A DNA stretch of 63,727 bases, the filler included, from Octopus bimaculoides (taxonomy: Eukaryota): assembly GCF_001194135.2 (NCBI RefSeq). It is 9 parts of 9 records of this genome, joined end to end, with 100 filler letters (N's around TTAATTAATTAA, not from the genome) between each part and the next. Parts side by side here need not be neighbours in the genome. Positions count along the whole stretch, not along the records: positions 10,128 to 19,949 come from NC_068986.1; positions 20,050 to 43,221 come from NC_069007.1; 7 more parts are not named here. One strand, 5' to 3'. Shown here piece after piece: positions 13,861 through 26,138 of this stretch. The notes beneath the pieces were generated by a model. The model saw nothing but the letters and a program-made list of their open reading frames with translations. It searched no databases and was not told the origin of the DNA. The position numbers and the translations under genes are program-made. Numbering within the stretch: position 1 is the first letter of the stretch; each line of letters begins with the position of its first letter.

Positions 13861-16800
13861 ATTGCTTACAGAAAGAAATAGTGAATGCTGATGCTAGGAC
13901 TTTGAATGTCACAGAGAAGATGACAAAGAACCAGGATGATTGGTAATATCCAGTTCCTGAGAAGCATAATTGTACATATACAACTGGGCACCTTACAAGA
14001 TTTCCCCAAGTCTTTCCCACCTTTCCTCATCTCTCTGTCAGTCATTGCTCCACTAATAACCAAACTGCAGTATTCTGTTACTCTATCTAAAGGAAGGTAG
14101 AACTACATATTTCATTATCTTTTTCTGTGATACTAGTAATCTTCCTTCCAAACCACTTCATTTAACATCCTTCCTTCATTCTTAACACTGTTAACATCAA
14201 GGAAATGGTCATTCCCAATTTGCAGGAAAGTAATAGGAAAGAATTCCATCTGGTTGCAACCTTTGAAAACTATGGATAAAGGCCACAGCAGGATCAGAGG
14301 TAGACTAACAGATAAGGTACACTTCACATGTAGAAGATGCATGGGAACAATGAAGACTAAGAGTTCACAAGAGATACATACAATTAAATGCCCAGAAAAC
14401 TCCCTAGAAATACCATATATGTTAGCATATGACACACTTTTTTATTCTTAAATGTCATAAAACATTGTAATGCATCTAATGTGACCATATTATGGATGAG
14501 ATATCAAGTGTATACACAAAGCATGCTGGTAAAGCAACTTATGTGAGAGTATGTCTTACTGATAAATACAGTAAATGATAGCTTCTGTTACTTAGGTGAC
14601 TTAATTAACAGTGGGGATAGGTGTCCAGAGAGTGTAGCAAAAATGGTAAAAGTTGAAGGAGCTGTTGCTTCTAATAAGTCCACTAATACTACCTCCTCAT
14701 CACATGAACTCTCTGTCCCGTCTTGATGTTTATGTAAGGTGGATCAAGAAACCTATTGTATCCACTACCTATGACTGCTCTACCTGTACTACCAGCAATC
14801 ACCCAGTCTCACAATGTCTGCTATTATAATCTTGCCCCTTTTCACCTATACATCCTCACTCTTCCTCTGTCATTGTCCTATCTCTTGGGTGTCACTGTGT
14901 TCTGTCATTCTATTCCCTACTCATATGACTGGCTTCATGTACATCTCAAAATACTGAGTACCCCATATCACTTATCCTTTTGTCATACATTCCACTTATT
15001 ACTTATCACTATCATTCATGCTTGTAAAGTGGATGGTGAGTGAGCAGAGATGAGTGAGCAGAGATGAGTGAGCTAGAACCATGAAAAAATGCACTTCACA
15101 CACTCTGTCACATGTTGGATTCAGAGGATTCTTTAGTCTTGTAAGGGCCATGACATCATCTTTAGAGTTGGTGCCACAAAAATTGCATCCTGTACTCTTG
15201 GTAATGAGGTTGATATTAGGAAGAGCATAGCATCCAATTATAGAAACCAAGCCAAAAATGAAACACATGTGCAAAATGCAATCCTCTGGCCAGTCAGATC
15301 CAAAGTTAACTCCAGTACATGCCAGAAAAATAAAAATATTCCTTTTTTTGTTTGTATAATTATTTCTAGTTTGCTTTTTAATGCTCCCTTCATGAAATGT
15401 TAACATTAACATATCTTTCATTTTTGACAGGTTTGGAAGTATTTCATCAATCTACTTGAAAGCAGCATTTTTAGATAACAATCTCATGGTTTCTTTATCC
15501 ACCTTAACATAAAGTTTGATTTTATTTTTAACATGCTTGAAACTACAGTAAAATACAATAAATACAAGTGAGAGGAGAAGTAACCAAGTAACAAAGCCTT
15601 CCAATTATGTGCACACAGGCAATGCTCTCTTTGATTTTTAATGTCCTATGCACACAAAATTTTATGGTGTGTAATTTTTTTACAGTGACAATAAAATATT
15701 TATGTGCTGAATTCTTAAATGTAATAAATCCGACAATATTAAGATAATTTTAGCTAGTATCTCCCAGAGGCTTTAAATTTGCATATAATGTTTAAAGATC
15801 TTAAATATGCAGTACATTTAACATTGCATTAAATTTTGGTTATTTATCACCACAAGTGTCTGAATCATTGGCCTATTTTGAATAAAAGATATTCAATTCT
15901 TTGTGTACAGTTTAATTTTCTTTGTTCACTAGTTACATAACATGTGCACGTATGCATGCATGCATGAATATGAACCTCTCAAATGGATTATTGCATGCGA
16001 GTTTGAAATTTTAAAACCACCAAATTATATTCTGCAAAATTCTTTAACTAAATTGTGGATTAAAACTACTAAAATTTGTTGCATAAGGATGCAAATTGAG
16101 AAAACCAAGAAAGTACCTTATTTTCTCAATTAGAACACCTTTAATAAAACATTTAAATTCTGTATGTGCAAAAGATGTAGCTTCGTTAACAGAAAGTAAA
16201 AAAAAAACTAACTGTAAATAAGTGTTATGATTTTCAAACATTTTTTGTGAATAACACATTTTCGGACAATTGCAATGTAGAAAGTTTATTGAAATATTAG
16301 CATAGGAAAACAGAGATTTTAAATAAAACATTCACCAAATATTTGATATAAATTATCAATGCATTAAAACAAACTTACTCATATGCTTTGATATGTCAAA
16401 ACAAAAGTTACTAAGTGAATTATCGATACAGCAAAATAGAATTACTAAATGAATTACCACATCAAAAAGTGATTGCTTAACAAGTTACTTCATATTTCAT
16501 GAAATATTTTTTCTTGAATACATTAACATATTGAAACAATATTTCAAATGATTTATGAGTTATTAGAAAATCTCATATCTATAAGGAAGGTAAAATGTGG
16601 CTATATAACAGTCACACTTTATATAACAGTACATTAGCAATATAAGAGACATTACTAGTTTCAATCAGAAATCATGACTAACCAGGTTTCCTCCATTCTT
16701 TGGTCTCTTCCTAACTGAGTTAGCAACATATCGAAACAATATGCTTTCAGTGAGTTAGCAACATATTGAAACAACATGTTTTTTGTTGAGTTAACAGCAT

Positions 16801-17727
16801 ATTGAAACAATATGCTATAAGTTACTGGAAATTACAATAAGTTTCATATGCACATTACGACACTAAAATAGCATTTATAATGAGGTAACAAAATGTTTTA
16901 GCCAAGCTATCAGCATTTTGAAAGAGCATTTTAAATGAATTATTAGGTAATAGAAACTGTAAATTACCTAGAAATATATAGATTTATTGATTAAATATTT
17001 CAAGATCCACAATAAACTTTAGACTAATAATTTCATCTTTAAAGTATATATTTACAAGATTAACAGACACACTATATTTCAATTGGTTTAATCTCTGATC
17101 ATTGAATGTCTTATTACTGAATATGTATATTTACCCAAGCTAACAAACTTTTACGGGGTGGAAAACACATATCAACCATTCGAAAACACACAAAGACTGT
17201 TAACTTCACTCAGATTTGGCGCTAAAACTTTTGTCGCACCAACTGCATCCTGTTCACTGATGCAATTCTGCTGAGAAGATACCAAATAACAAACATTTAG
17301 GCAAAGTATACAGTCTTTGTGTATTTTTGAATGGCTAATAAGTATCTTCCATTCTGTAATTGTTTCAGTTTCAACACACATTCTCAGATAAAATCACCTG
17401 CCTGGCAAGTACATCTCTGAAATAAGAAAATTTTCTTCCTAAACAAAGGATTTTAATAGTGAACCAATAAAAAATGGAGGGTAAATACAAATATTGTAAT
17501 TATACACATGCTAAAGATAATGTTAATGCAGAAAATTATCATCTTTGTATTGATAATTTTTACATATGTAAACATTCTCAGATATAGAAGAAGGGAGAGA
17601 AAACGAAATTGTGTGATGTTCATGTATTTTTCAAAGCTACTACTGACAAAGAGAAATGACTATAATTGACAAGGGAAACTGGGTTTGAAGATTATATATC
17701 TCCAGGACCTTACTTCTAATCAGGAGC

Positions 17728-17839
17728 ATTTGTATCTAAATCAAGACCATTTGTATCTAAATCAAGATCGTTTGTGTCTAAATCAAGAATGTTTGTGTCT
17801 AAATCAAGGACGTTTGTATCTAAATCAAGAGCATTTGTA
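17728..17839. repeat. 21-bp minisatellite, about 5.3 units (RTTTGTRTCTAAATCAAGNNN)
   Basis: Units start at 17728, 17749, 17770, 17791, 17812. Confidence 0.95.
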
Positions 17840-18419
17840 ACACAACTTATATTCATATGTCTAAACAAAACTTGTGATTTAATAAAATAATTTACTAATA
17901 TTTTGAAATGATCTCTACATAAAGAGAGAGGGAGAGAGGCACAGCATGAACACTTCATGTTTCTGCAATATTTCTAAACCAGGTCAGCATGGCAGAGACC
18001 ATCCCTCTCCAAACCTTCACTCTGTCTCTCACTATCTCTTTTCATAGAGAAAGTGAGAGAAAGAGAGATAAATGAATAGATAGGAGGATGTCAAGGCAGC
18101 AAAGGCCTCATGAGAATGGGGCTCCATGCACACACATATATACACAGATGTTACAGGGTAGCATCTGCCTCAATCCAGTCAACAGATTATTGTTGTGACA
18201 TCTGTGGGTGCCTATATGCTTTCAGCTTTGGACAGTGGATTTACATGCATGCACTCTCATCACTGAGATCACAAACCTTGTCATCGTTGGACACTGATGG
18301 ACTACCAACATACACACAAAAATCACACCTTTGTGTCTTCTATCTATCTATCTATCTATCTATCTATCCACACGCATACACATATGTATGTATACATACA
18401 TATATATATATATATATAT

Positions 18420-18608
18420 ATCATCATCATTTAGCGTCCATTGTCCATGCTGGCATGGGTTGGATGATTTGACCAGGGCTGGCAAGCTGGAAGGCTGCAC
18501 CAGACTCCAGTCTCATTTGGCATGATTTCTACAGCTGGATGCCCTTCCTAACACCAATCACTCTGAGAGTGTAATGGCTGCTTTTACATGCCACCGGCAC
18601 AGGTGCCA
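18420..18608. mobile_element. Dispersed SINE-like repeat (related copies ~21185-21450 and ~54660-54830)
   Basis: Shared core CCATGCTGGCATGGGTTGGA..GCTGGATGCCCTTCCTAAC..GAGAGTGTA in the 18.4 and 21.2 kb copies; the 54.7 kb copy shares the downstream part. Confidence 0.75.
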
Positions 18609-18626
18609 TATATATATATATATGCT

Positions 18627-18996
18627 GGAGATGCAATGGTCCAGTGGTTAGGGCAGCAGACTCACAGTCGTAGGGTCGTGGTTTTGATTCCCAGACCGGG
18701 CATTGTGAGTGTTTATTGAGCAAAAACACATAAAGCTCCACAAGGCTCTGGCAGGGGATGGTGGCAAACCCTGCTATACTCTTTCACCACAACTTTCTCT
18801 CACTCTTTCTTTCTGTTTCTGTTGTACCTGTATTTCAAAGGGCCAGCCTTGTCACACTCTGTGTCATGCTGAATCTCCCTGAGAACTACGTTAAGAGTAC
18901 ATGTGTCTATGGAGTGCTCAGCCACTTGCACATTAATTTCAGAAGTAGGCCGTTCCGTTGATCAGATCAATTGGAACCCTTGTCGTAACCGACGGA
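18627..18996 (+). mobile_element. tRNA-derived SINE (family A), CpG-decayed copy
   Basis: tRNA-like head with A-box (TGGTCCAGTGGTTAGG) and B-box-like GGTTTTGATTCCC; collinear with 27780-28148. Confidence 0.85.
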
Positions 18997-19009
18997 NNNN
19001 NNNNNNNCC

Positions 19010-19141
19010 CAGAGAAACGATACATGCAACATAAAAAATATACCCCCTTCTTCAGTTGTCCCTGTTTCAAATGCGGAGTAGATGAAACAGGAACAACTGA
19101 AGAAAGGGTATATTCTTTATGTTGCATGTCTCGTTTCTCTG
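19010..19141. repeat. ~60-bp imperfect inverted repeat with a 13-nt loop
   Basis: Arms 19010-19069 and 19083-19141 are reverse complements with ~4 mismatches and 1 indel. Confidence 0.9.
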
Positions 19142-20049
19142 TTTTTTTCGTTGTCCGAAAAAAGTTCGCTTTCTGTGTTTTCATTTCTCATTGTGTTTAA
19201 CGTTTTTTTTTTTTATGTCCTGTACCCATATATGCATGTATATATACATATATATGTTGGCATGTACATATATGTATGTATATATGTATATATCTAAAAA
19301 TATATAATATTAATGGTTTCTTATTAGGAAACCAATCGATTTTATACAGGGCTGCAAGGAGAAGTGCTCAGAATAATTGAGACAAGAGTAAAATATTAGT
19401 TAAAGAATAAAAAGACTGGGTTAACGACTCAACATATCACACCCCCTCAATGAACATATATAAGAAATACAGCATAAACCGTCAAACATAAGGAATAAGA
19501 AGAAATAACGCAAGAAAAATAACACAAGAAATGATAAATAAATAAAAATATAGCATATAGTATAAAATGTTTATACACGAATATATTGTTTCAACTGATA
19601 ACATTGAACTGAAACAAATTGAGTTAAAGGTATAAAGCAATACATGTGAATATCATTTCATAGGAGTTAAAAAAGTTAAAATAAATACGAATAAAAATTA
19701 ATACGGAAGGAGTAAAAATTTCAAATATATAGCAGGCACCCAGCAAGTATCAACAGGCAAAAGTTCAATTCCGCTCACCATGTCCAAAAAGGTTCACCAC
19801 ACATAAGTCAAAAACAATTACAGCACACCGCAGGTATCCATCAGTAAAAACAATTTCATGAATTTCATACAATACCTATGGCCATTTTGGAGGTACAGCA
19901 CTGTATTTCAAAACACAATAGAGTGTAAATAGGTGATGACCCCCTTGTCNNNNNNNNNNNNNNNNNNNNNNNNNNNNNNNNNNNNNNNNNNNNTTAATTA
20001 ATTAANNNNNNNNNNNNNNNNNNNNNNNNNNNNNNNNNNNNNNNNNNNN

Positions 20050-20345
20050 GGCATCTCCAGACCTCTTTCTTTGCATCCTCATTTAATGCAAGCGTACCAT
20101 CATCCATGCGAACACATTTCTCTCCTACAACATCACTATTCTCTCTCCTACACTGTCTTGCAACACGAAATACCTCGAGTCTTTGGTCCTCACGGCGCAG
20201 AACATTGGCAAATCTTTCCTTATCTGCTTCCCCTCTGGCTAAATAAACCTGTCGCCTAGCCTCCCTTCTGGCACATTGGTACAATTCCCTGCTACCACCG
20301 TTCTTCCAGTCCTTCCAAGCCTGTTTCTTTTGTCTAATAGCCCTG
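20050..20345 (-). mobile_element. RTE-clade LINE fragment (region between endonuclease and RT)
   Basis: HVDRAIRQKKQAWKDWKNGGSRELYQCARREARRQVYLARGEA..VFRVARQCRRENSDVVGEKCVRMDDGTLAL; ends at an N gap. Confidence 0.7.
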
Positions 20346-20989
20346 TCTACATGTATGCATATGTGTGTGCGTAATCTAAATATCAACATTAATTTTGACA
20401 CCAGATGTGACAAAAAAACCCCCCAAAAATCATTGGGTTGATTTGTGGATTAACCTACCCACCCACCACTACCACCACAAGGATTCCATTGAGTGAATGT
20501 AATATAGAAGTGGTGAAAATAAAAACCTACAGCAACATTAACCATGTGGCGGTCATATATAGATTGCAGTTTAACATGGAGGGTTCTTTTTGTTATTGGA
20601 TGGTAGGGAGAAAAAAGAAAATTTTAAAAAATTATAATTATTGCTTCCAACTATTAAAGCTAAAGAATATTTGAAAATTCATTATTATTATTATTATCAT
20701 TATCATTAACACTTTTACTTAATGCAGTGAGGTGACAGAATCGTTAGCAGGCTGGGCGAAATGCTTAGCAGTATTTCATGTCTATGTTCTGAGTTCAAAT
20801 TCCACTGAGGTCGACTTTACCTTTTATCCTTTCGTGGTCGATAAATTAAGTACCAGTGAAATACTAGGGTTGATGTAATCTCAACTAGTTCCCTTCCACA
20901 AAATTTCAAGGCCCTGTGCCTTCAGTAGAAAGGATCATTAACACTTTTGTAATCATACCTCTGTTGAAATATACTTCATTTGTTTCAAC

Positions 20990-21180
20990 TAGTTTTGTAA
21001 ATGTAGAAGAATTTACAGTTCTATATTTAAGAGATGAGGAATTATGTACATTATTTACATTTGACGGATATTTGTCCTCATCTTATTTGTTGTTAACACG
21101 TTTCAGCTGATATACCCTCCAACCTTCATCAGGTGTCTTGGGGAAATTTCGAACCTGGGTTCTCATTCCTTAGGAATTTT
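20990..21180 (-). mobile_element. Penelope-like terminal-repeat remnant with a hammerhead-like motif (inverted partner of 21539-21648)
   Basis: Reverse complement matches 21539-21648; contains GACAC-CTGATGA-A-GGTTGG..TCAGCT-GAAAC. Confidence 0.55.
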
Positions 21181-21538
21181 TCAATCATCATCATCGTTTA
21201 ACGTCCACCTTCCATGCTAGCATGGGTTGGACGATTTGACTGAGGACTGGTGAAACCGGATGGCAACGCCAGGCTCCAATCTAATTTGGCAGAGTTTCTA
21301 CAGCTGGATACCCTTCCTAACGCCAACCGCTCAGAGAGTGTAGTGGGTGTTTTTACGTGTCACCCACACAAAAACGGCCACGCTCGAAATGGTATCTTTT
21401 ATGTGCCACCCGCACAAGAGCCAGTCCAGGGGCACTGGCAACGATCTCGCTCAAAAACCCTACAAGGTCAGTTATTATTATTATTCTAGGCAGTGACCTA
21501 AAGAATAATAATAATAATAACAACAACAACAACAACGA

Positions 21539-21648
21539 AAAATACCTTAGGAATGAGAACCCAGGTTCAAAATTTCCCCAAGACACCTGATGATGGTTGG
21601 AGGGTATATCATTCGAAATGTTGTGTTAACACCAAACAATATGAGGAC
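21539..21648 (+). mobile_element. Penelope-like terminal-repeat remnant with a hammerhead-like motif
   Basis: GACAC(21582)-CTGATGA-..-GAAA-T-GTT-GTGTT(21627); runs into an N gap. Confidence 0.55.
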
Positions 21649-22633
21649 NNNNNNNNNNNNNNNNNNNNNNNNNNNNNNNNNNNNNNNNNNNNNNNNNNNN
21701 NNNNNNNNNNNNNNNNNNNNNNNNNNNNNNNNNNNNNNNNNNNNNNNNNNNNNNNNNNNNNNNNNNNNNNNNNNNNNNNNNNNNNNNNNNNNNNNNNNNN
21801 NNNNNNNNNNNNNNNNNNNNNNNNNNNNNNNNNNNNNNNNNNNNNNNNNNNNNNNNNNNNNNNNNNNNNNNNNNNNNNNNNNNNNNNNNNNNNNNNNNNN
21901 NNNNNNNNNNNNNNNNNNNNNNNNNNNNNNNNNNNNNNNNNNNNNNNNNNNNNNNNNNNNNNNNNNNNNNNNNNNNNNNNNNNNNNNNNNNNNNNNNNNN
22001 NNNNNNNNNNNNNNNNNNNNNNNNNNNNNNNNNNNNNNNNNNNNNNNNNNNNNNNNNNNNNNNNNNNNNNNNNNNNNNNNNNNNNNNNNNNNNNNNNNNN
22101 NNNNNNNNNNNNNNNNNNNNNNNNNNNNNNNNNNNNNNNNNNNNNNNNNNNNNNNNNNNNNNNNNNNNNNNNNNNNNNNNNNNNNNNNNNNNNNNNNNNN
22201 NNNNNNNNNNNNNNNNNNNNNNNNNNNNNNNNNNNNNNNNNNNNNNNNNNNNNNNNNNNNNNNNNNNNNNNNNNNNNNNNNNNNNNNNNNNNNNNNNNNN
22301 NNNNNNNNNNNNNNNNNNNNNNNNNNNNNNNNNNNNNNNNNNNNNNNNNNNNNNNNNNNNNNNNNNNNNNNNNNNNNNNNNNNNNNNNNNNNNNNNNNNN
22401 NNNNNNNNNNNNNNNNNNNNNNNNNNNNNNNNNNNNNNNNNNNNNNNNNNNNNNNNNNNNNNNNNNNNNNNNNNNNNNNNNNNNNNNNNNNNNNNNNNNN
22501 NNNNNNNNNNNNNNNNNNNNNNNNNNNNNNNNNNNNNNNNNNNNNNNNNNNNNNNNNNNNNNNNNNNNNNNNNNNNNNNNNNNNNNNNNNAATATATATA
22601 TGTACATTATATATACACACACACACACATATA

Positions 22634-22850
22634 CGAGGGGGTGCTGAAAAGTTCCTGGCTTTGGGTAAAATAAATTACAGGAGAATCAGTTAATTATGAT
22701 TTTATTGAACATATTCCCCTCTTAGACTCACACACTTATTGCAGCAGTCCTTCAGTTTTTCTAAGGCCTGTAAAAGAACTTGGAAGGTTGGGCCTCTGAC
22801 CAGGTGTTTCACAGTACCCTCAAAGCCAGGAACTTTTCAGCACCCCCTTG
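22634..22850. mobile_element. Mariner-derived MITE (~217 bp)
   Basis: TIRs CGAGGGGGTGCTGAAAAGTTCCTGGCTTT / AAAGCCAGGAACTTTTCAGCACCCCCTTG; TA at the left flank; second copy in opposite orientation at 46649-46864. Confidence 0.85.
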
Positions 22851-22894
22851 CATATGTATGTGTTGCTTTGTGTTGATATTGTTTGATAGTTGCA

Positions 22895-23213
22895 AATGAT
22901 TGTTCGTCACAGCTTGCTTACCAACCACATGGTTCTGGTTCATTCCCAAAGCCTTGTGAGTGGATTTGGTAGACATAAACTGAAAGAAGCCCATCGGAAA
23001 TATGTATATATACATGTATGTGCATGTATATGTTTGTCCCCCCAACATCGCTTGACAACCGATGCTGGTGTGTTTACGTCCCCATAACTTAGCAGTTCAG
23101 CAAAATAAACCGATAGAATAAGTACTAGGCTTACAAAGAATAAGTCCTGGGGTTGATTTGCTTGACTAAAGGCGGTGCTCCAGCATGGCCACAGTCAAAT
23201 GACTGAAACAAGA
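22895..23213 (+). mobile_element. SINE (family B); related copies ~24122-24520 (+), 30405-30790 (-), 54935-55318 (-), 56215-56390 (+)
   Basis: Shared blocks GTGAGTGGATTTGGTAGA..AAACTGAAAGAAGC, GATAGAATAAGTACTAGGCTT and GGTGCTCCAGCATGGCC. Confidence 0.8.
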
Positions 23214-24887
23214 GAGTATTTCCAAAATTTTCCATCTTGTACATTTTTGCTATCCACTTCATTAAGTTTGTTTAGTTTTAAATATGATGTGGGACTTTGA
23301 AGAACAATTATTCCAGAACTCTACCTGAACACAGAGCTGCAAAATTCCATTAGGAACTATTGCATTATTACAAGGAAATGAAACTGGGATTAAGGGGTGG
23401 TGGTCACATGAGACTGTAGGTTTGCCATAATTTCTAATAGAGACACAAGGCTATAGTTTTGGGGTAGGGTGGGGCAAGGAACAAGTATGTCATTGGTGGT
23501 TTTGTTTTCTCATCCCTGGAAGAATACAAAAGGTGGGATTTGAACTTTGAATGCTCAGAGCCAGAACAAGTAACACAAGGGTTTCTTTGTTTTTCGTTTT
23601 TTTTTTTTTATCCAATGCTCGATTCAACCTATTAATAACAATAACAACCCTTTATTTTGATATAAGGCCAGCAAAGTTGAGGGGCAGGGAATTTGGTTAC
23701 TTCAATCCCCCTCCCCAGGACTCAACTACTAATTGTTTAATCAAACTCAAAAGTCAACCCCAGCAGAATTTTGAACTCAGAATGTAAAATTCAACAAAAT
23801 CTCACTTAACATTTTGCCCTGCATGCTAATGATTCTGCCAGCTGGTTATCTTAAGGCACAAGGAAGATTCTAGGGGAGGAGTACATCAATACACTGACCC
23901 CAGTACTTGAGTGGTACTCATTTTATTCTATTTTTATTTATGCACCCTTTTCAAGCCTAGCCAGGCTCATGGGCCCAGTTTCCCGGTTTCAATTCAGCCA
24001 GCTCACTACTTTAACTCTTTAGCATTCAAACCAGCCATATTTGGCCCAAGTATACTACCCGTATCATGTTAAAACTGGCCCCTTGTAACTACAATATAAT
24101 GTCATTCTGAAAATGAACAATCAGGCATGGTTGTGTAGTAGGAAGTTTACTTCCCAACCACATAGTTCTGTGTTCAGTCCCACTGCGTGGCACCTTGGGC
24201 AAGTGTCTTCTACTATAGCCTTGGGTCGACCAAAACCTTGTGAGTGGATTTGGTAGATGGAAACTGAAAAGAAGCTTGTCACATATACATAACTATATAT
24301 CTCTATGTGTATGTCCTTGTGCCTGTGTTTGGCCCCCACCACTGCTTCACAACTGGTGTTGGTGTGTTTACATCCTTCTAACTTAGTAGTATGGCAAAAT
24401 CAACTGGCAGAATTAGTACCAGGCTTAAAAAGAAAGAAAAAAAAAAAAGAACTGGGGTTTATTCCTTTGACTAAAATTCTTCAAGGCAGTGCCCCAGAAT
24501 GGTCACAGGTCAAAGCCTGAAAGAACTAAAAGATATGCCTGGAATCATACCCCCCACCCCCGCTCAATTGATACTCTTGTGTTGCTGTTCCTGAAAGAAT
24601 GAAAGGCAATGCCAAAGTTTGAACTTAAAACATTAACAGAGAGAAGAAATATTTCCAGGCATTTTGTTTGCTGTGCTAACGACTGTCAGCTCGTTGCCTT
24701 TATAATAATAATAATAATTATTATTATTATTATTATTATTATTATCATTGTTTATAACAACAATACAGGCAAAGACCTGAAATTTGGGGGAATGGCACTA
24801 GTTGATGACTTTTGGGGGATGGCACTAGTTGATGAGTCAGTGATGCTTTGGTGTTTTTATAGACCTAGAAATGATGAAAGCAAAGTT

Positions 24888-24921
<34 letters not shown>

Positions 24922-25239
24922 CCAAAATCATCATATTTTGTTCATGGCATGTTAAAAAATATAAATAGTTACAGATTATGGAGAAATAAATGTTTCTTGA
25001 TAGAGTTTTAAAGTTGCTGGCAAGGGTTCGAATCCAGGATAGCAAACCCATTTATATATATATATATATACACAACGTACATATAATATATAATTACATA
25101 CGTGTATGTATATGTATATATATATATATATATAATTACATACGTATATATATAATGTCTATGTATATAAGGTATGTATATATATATATATGGTTGTGAG
25201 GCTAGCCTATACAACATTGTACACCCATATCGAAGTGAA

Positions 25240-25503
25240 TTAAGATTTCTTGTGCTTTTTCTTCTTTTTTCGCTCTGACTTTTCGACTACCGGTGACCGA
25301 CTTCGATCTCGCGATTTTTTACTCTTGTGCTTTTTGCTGCTGCTGCTCTTACCATCTCCACCACCACCACCACCGCTGCTGCTGTTGTTGTTGTTGTTGC
25401 TATGGTGCTTCCGATGACTGCTTTTGCTACTGCTCTTGTGTTTACTGCTGCCATGGCGACGGTGGCGATGATGGTGGTGGTGGTGATGCTGCTGCTGCTT
25501 GCG
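25240..25503 (-). CDS. SRRM2: Probable C-terminal coding segment of the CWC21/SRRM2-family protein (His/Ser/Lys/Arg-rich, ends in TAA)
   Basis: RKQQQHHHHHHHRHRRHGSSKHKSSSKSSHRKHH..KKHKSKKSRDRSRSPVVEKSERKKKKKHKKS*; same strand as and just downstream of the CWC21 N-terminus, but separated by a 635-N gap, so linkage is inferred. Confidence 0.65.
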   Translation of the reverse strand, partial: RKQQQHHHHHHHRHRRHGSSKHKSSSKSSHRKHHSNNNNNSSSGGGGGGDGKSSSSKKHKSKKSRDRSRSPVVEKSERKKKKKHKKS

Positions 25504-26138
25504 NNNNNNNNNNNNNNNNNNNNNNNNNNNNNNNNNNNNNNNNNNNNNNNNNNNNNNNNNNNNNNNNNNNNNNNNNNNNNNNNNNNNNNNNNNNNNNNNN
25601 NNNNNNNNNNNNNNNNNNNNNNNNNNNNNNNNNNNNNNNNNNNNNNNNNNNNNNNNNNNNNNNNNNNNNNNNNNNNNNNNNNNNNNNNNNNNNNNNNNNN
25701 NNNNNNNNNNNNNNNNNNNNNNNNNNNNNNNNNNNNNNNNNNNNNNNNNNNNNNNNNNNNNNNNNNNNNNNNNNNNNNNNNNNNNNNNNNNNNNNNNNNN
25801 NNNNNNNNNNNNNNNNNNNNNNNNNNNNNNNNNNNNNNNNNNNNNNNNNNNNNNNNNNNNNNNNNNNNNNNNNNNNNNNNNNNNNNNNNNNNNNNNNNNN
25901 NNNNNNNNNNNNNNNNNNNNNNNNNNNNNNNNNNNNNNNNNNNNNNNNNNNNNNNNNNNNNNNNNNNNNNNNNNNNNNNNNNNNNNNNNNNNNNNNNNNN
26001 NNNNNNNNNNNNNNNNNNNNNNNNNNNNNNNNNNNNNNNNNNNNNNNNNNNNNNNNNNNNNNNNNNNNNNNNNNNNNNNNNNNNNNNNNNNNNNNNNNNN
26101 NNNNNNNNNNNNNNNNNNNNNNNNNNNNNNNNNNNNNN

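Noticed and set aside
16714-16818. Three ~35-bp direct repeats (TGAGTTAGCAACATATTGAAACAA)
   Set aside because: Head-to-tail with no unique spacers; an ordinary minisatellite.
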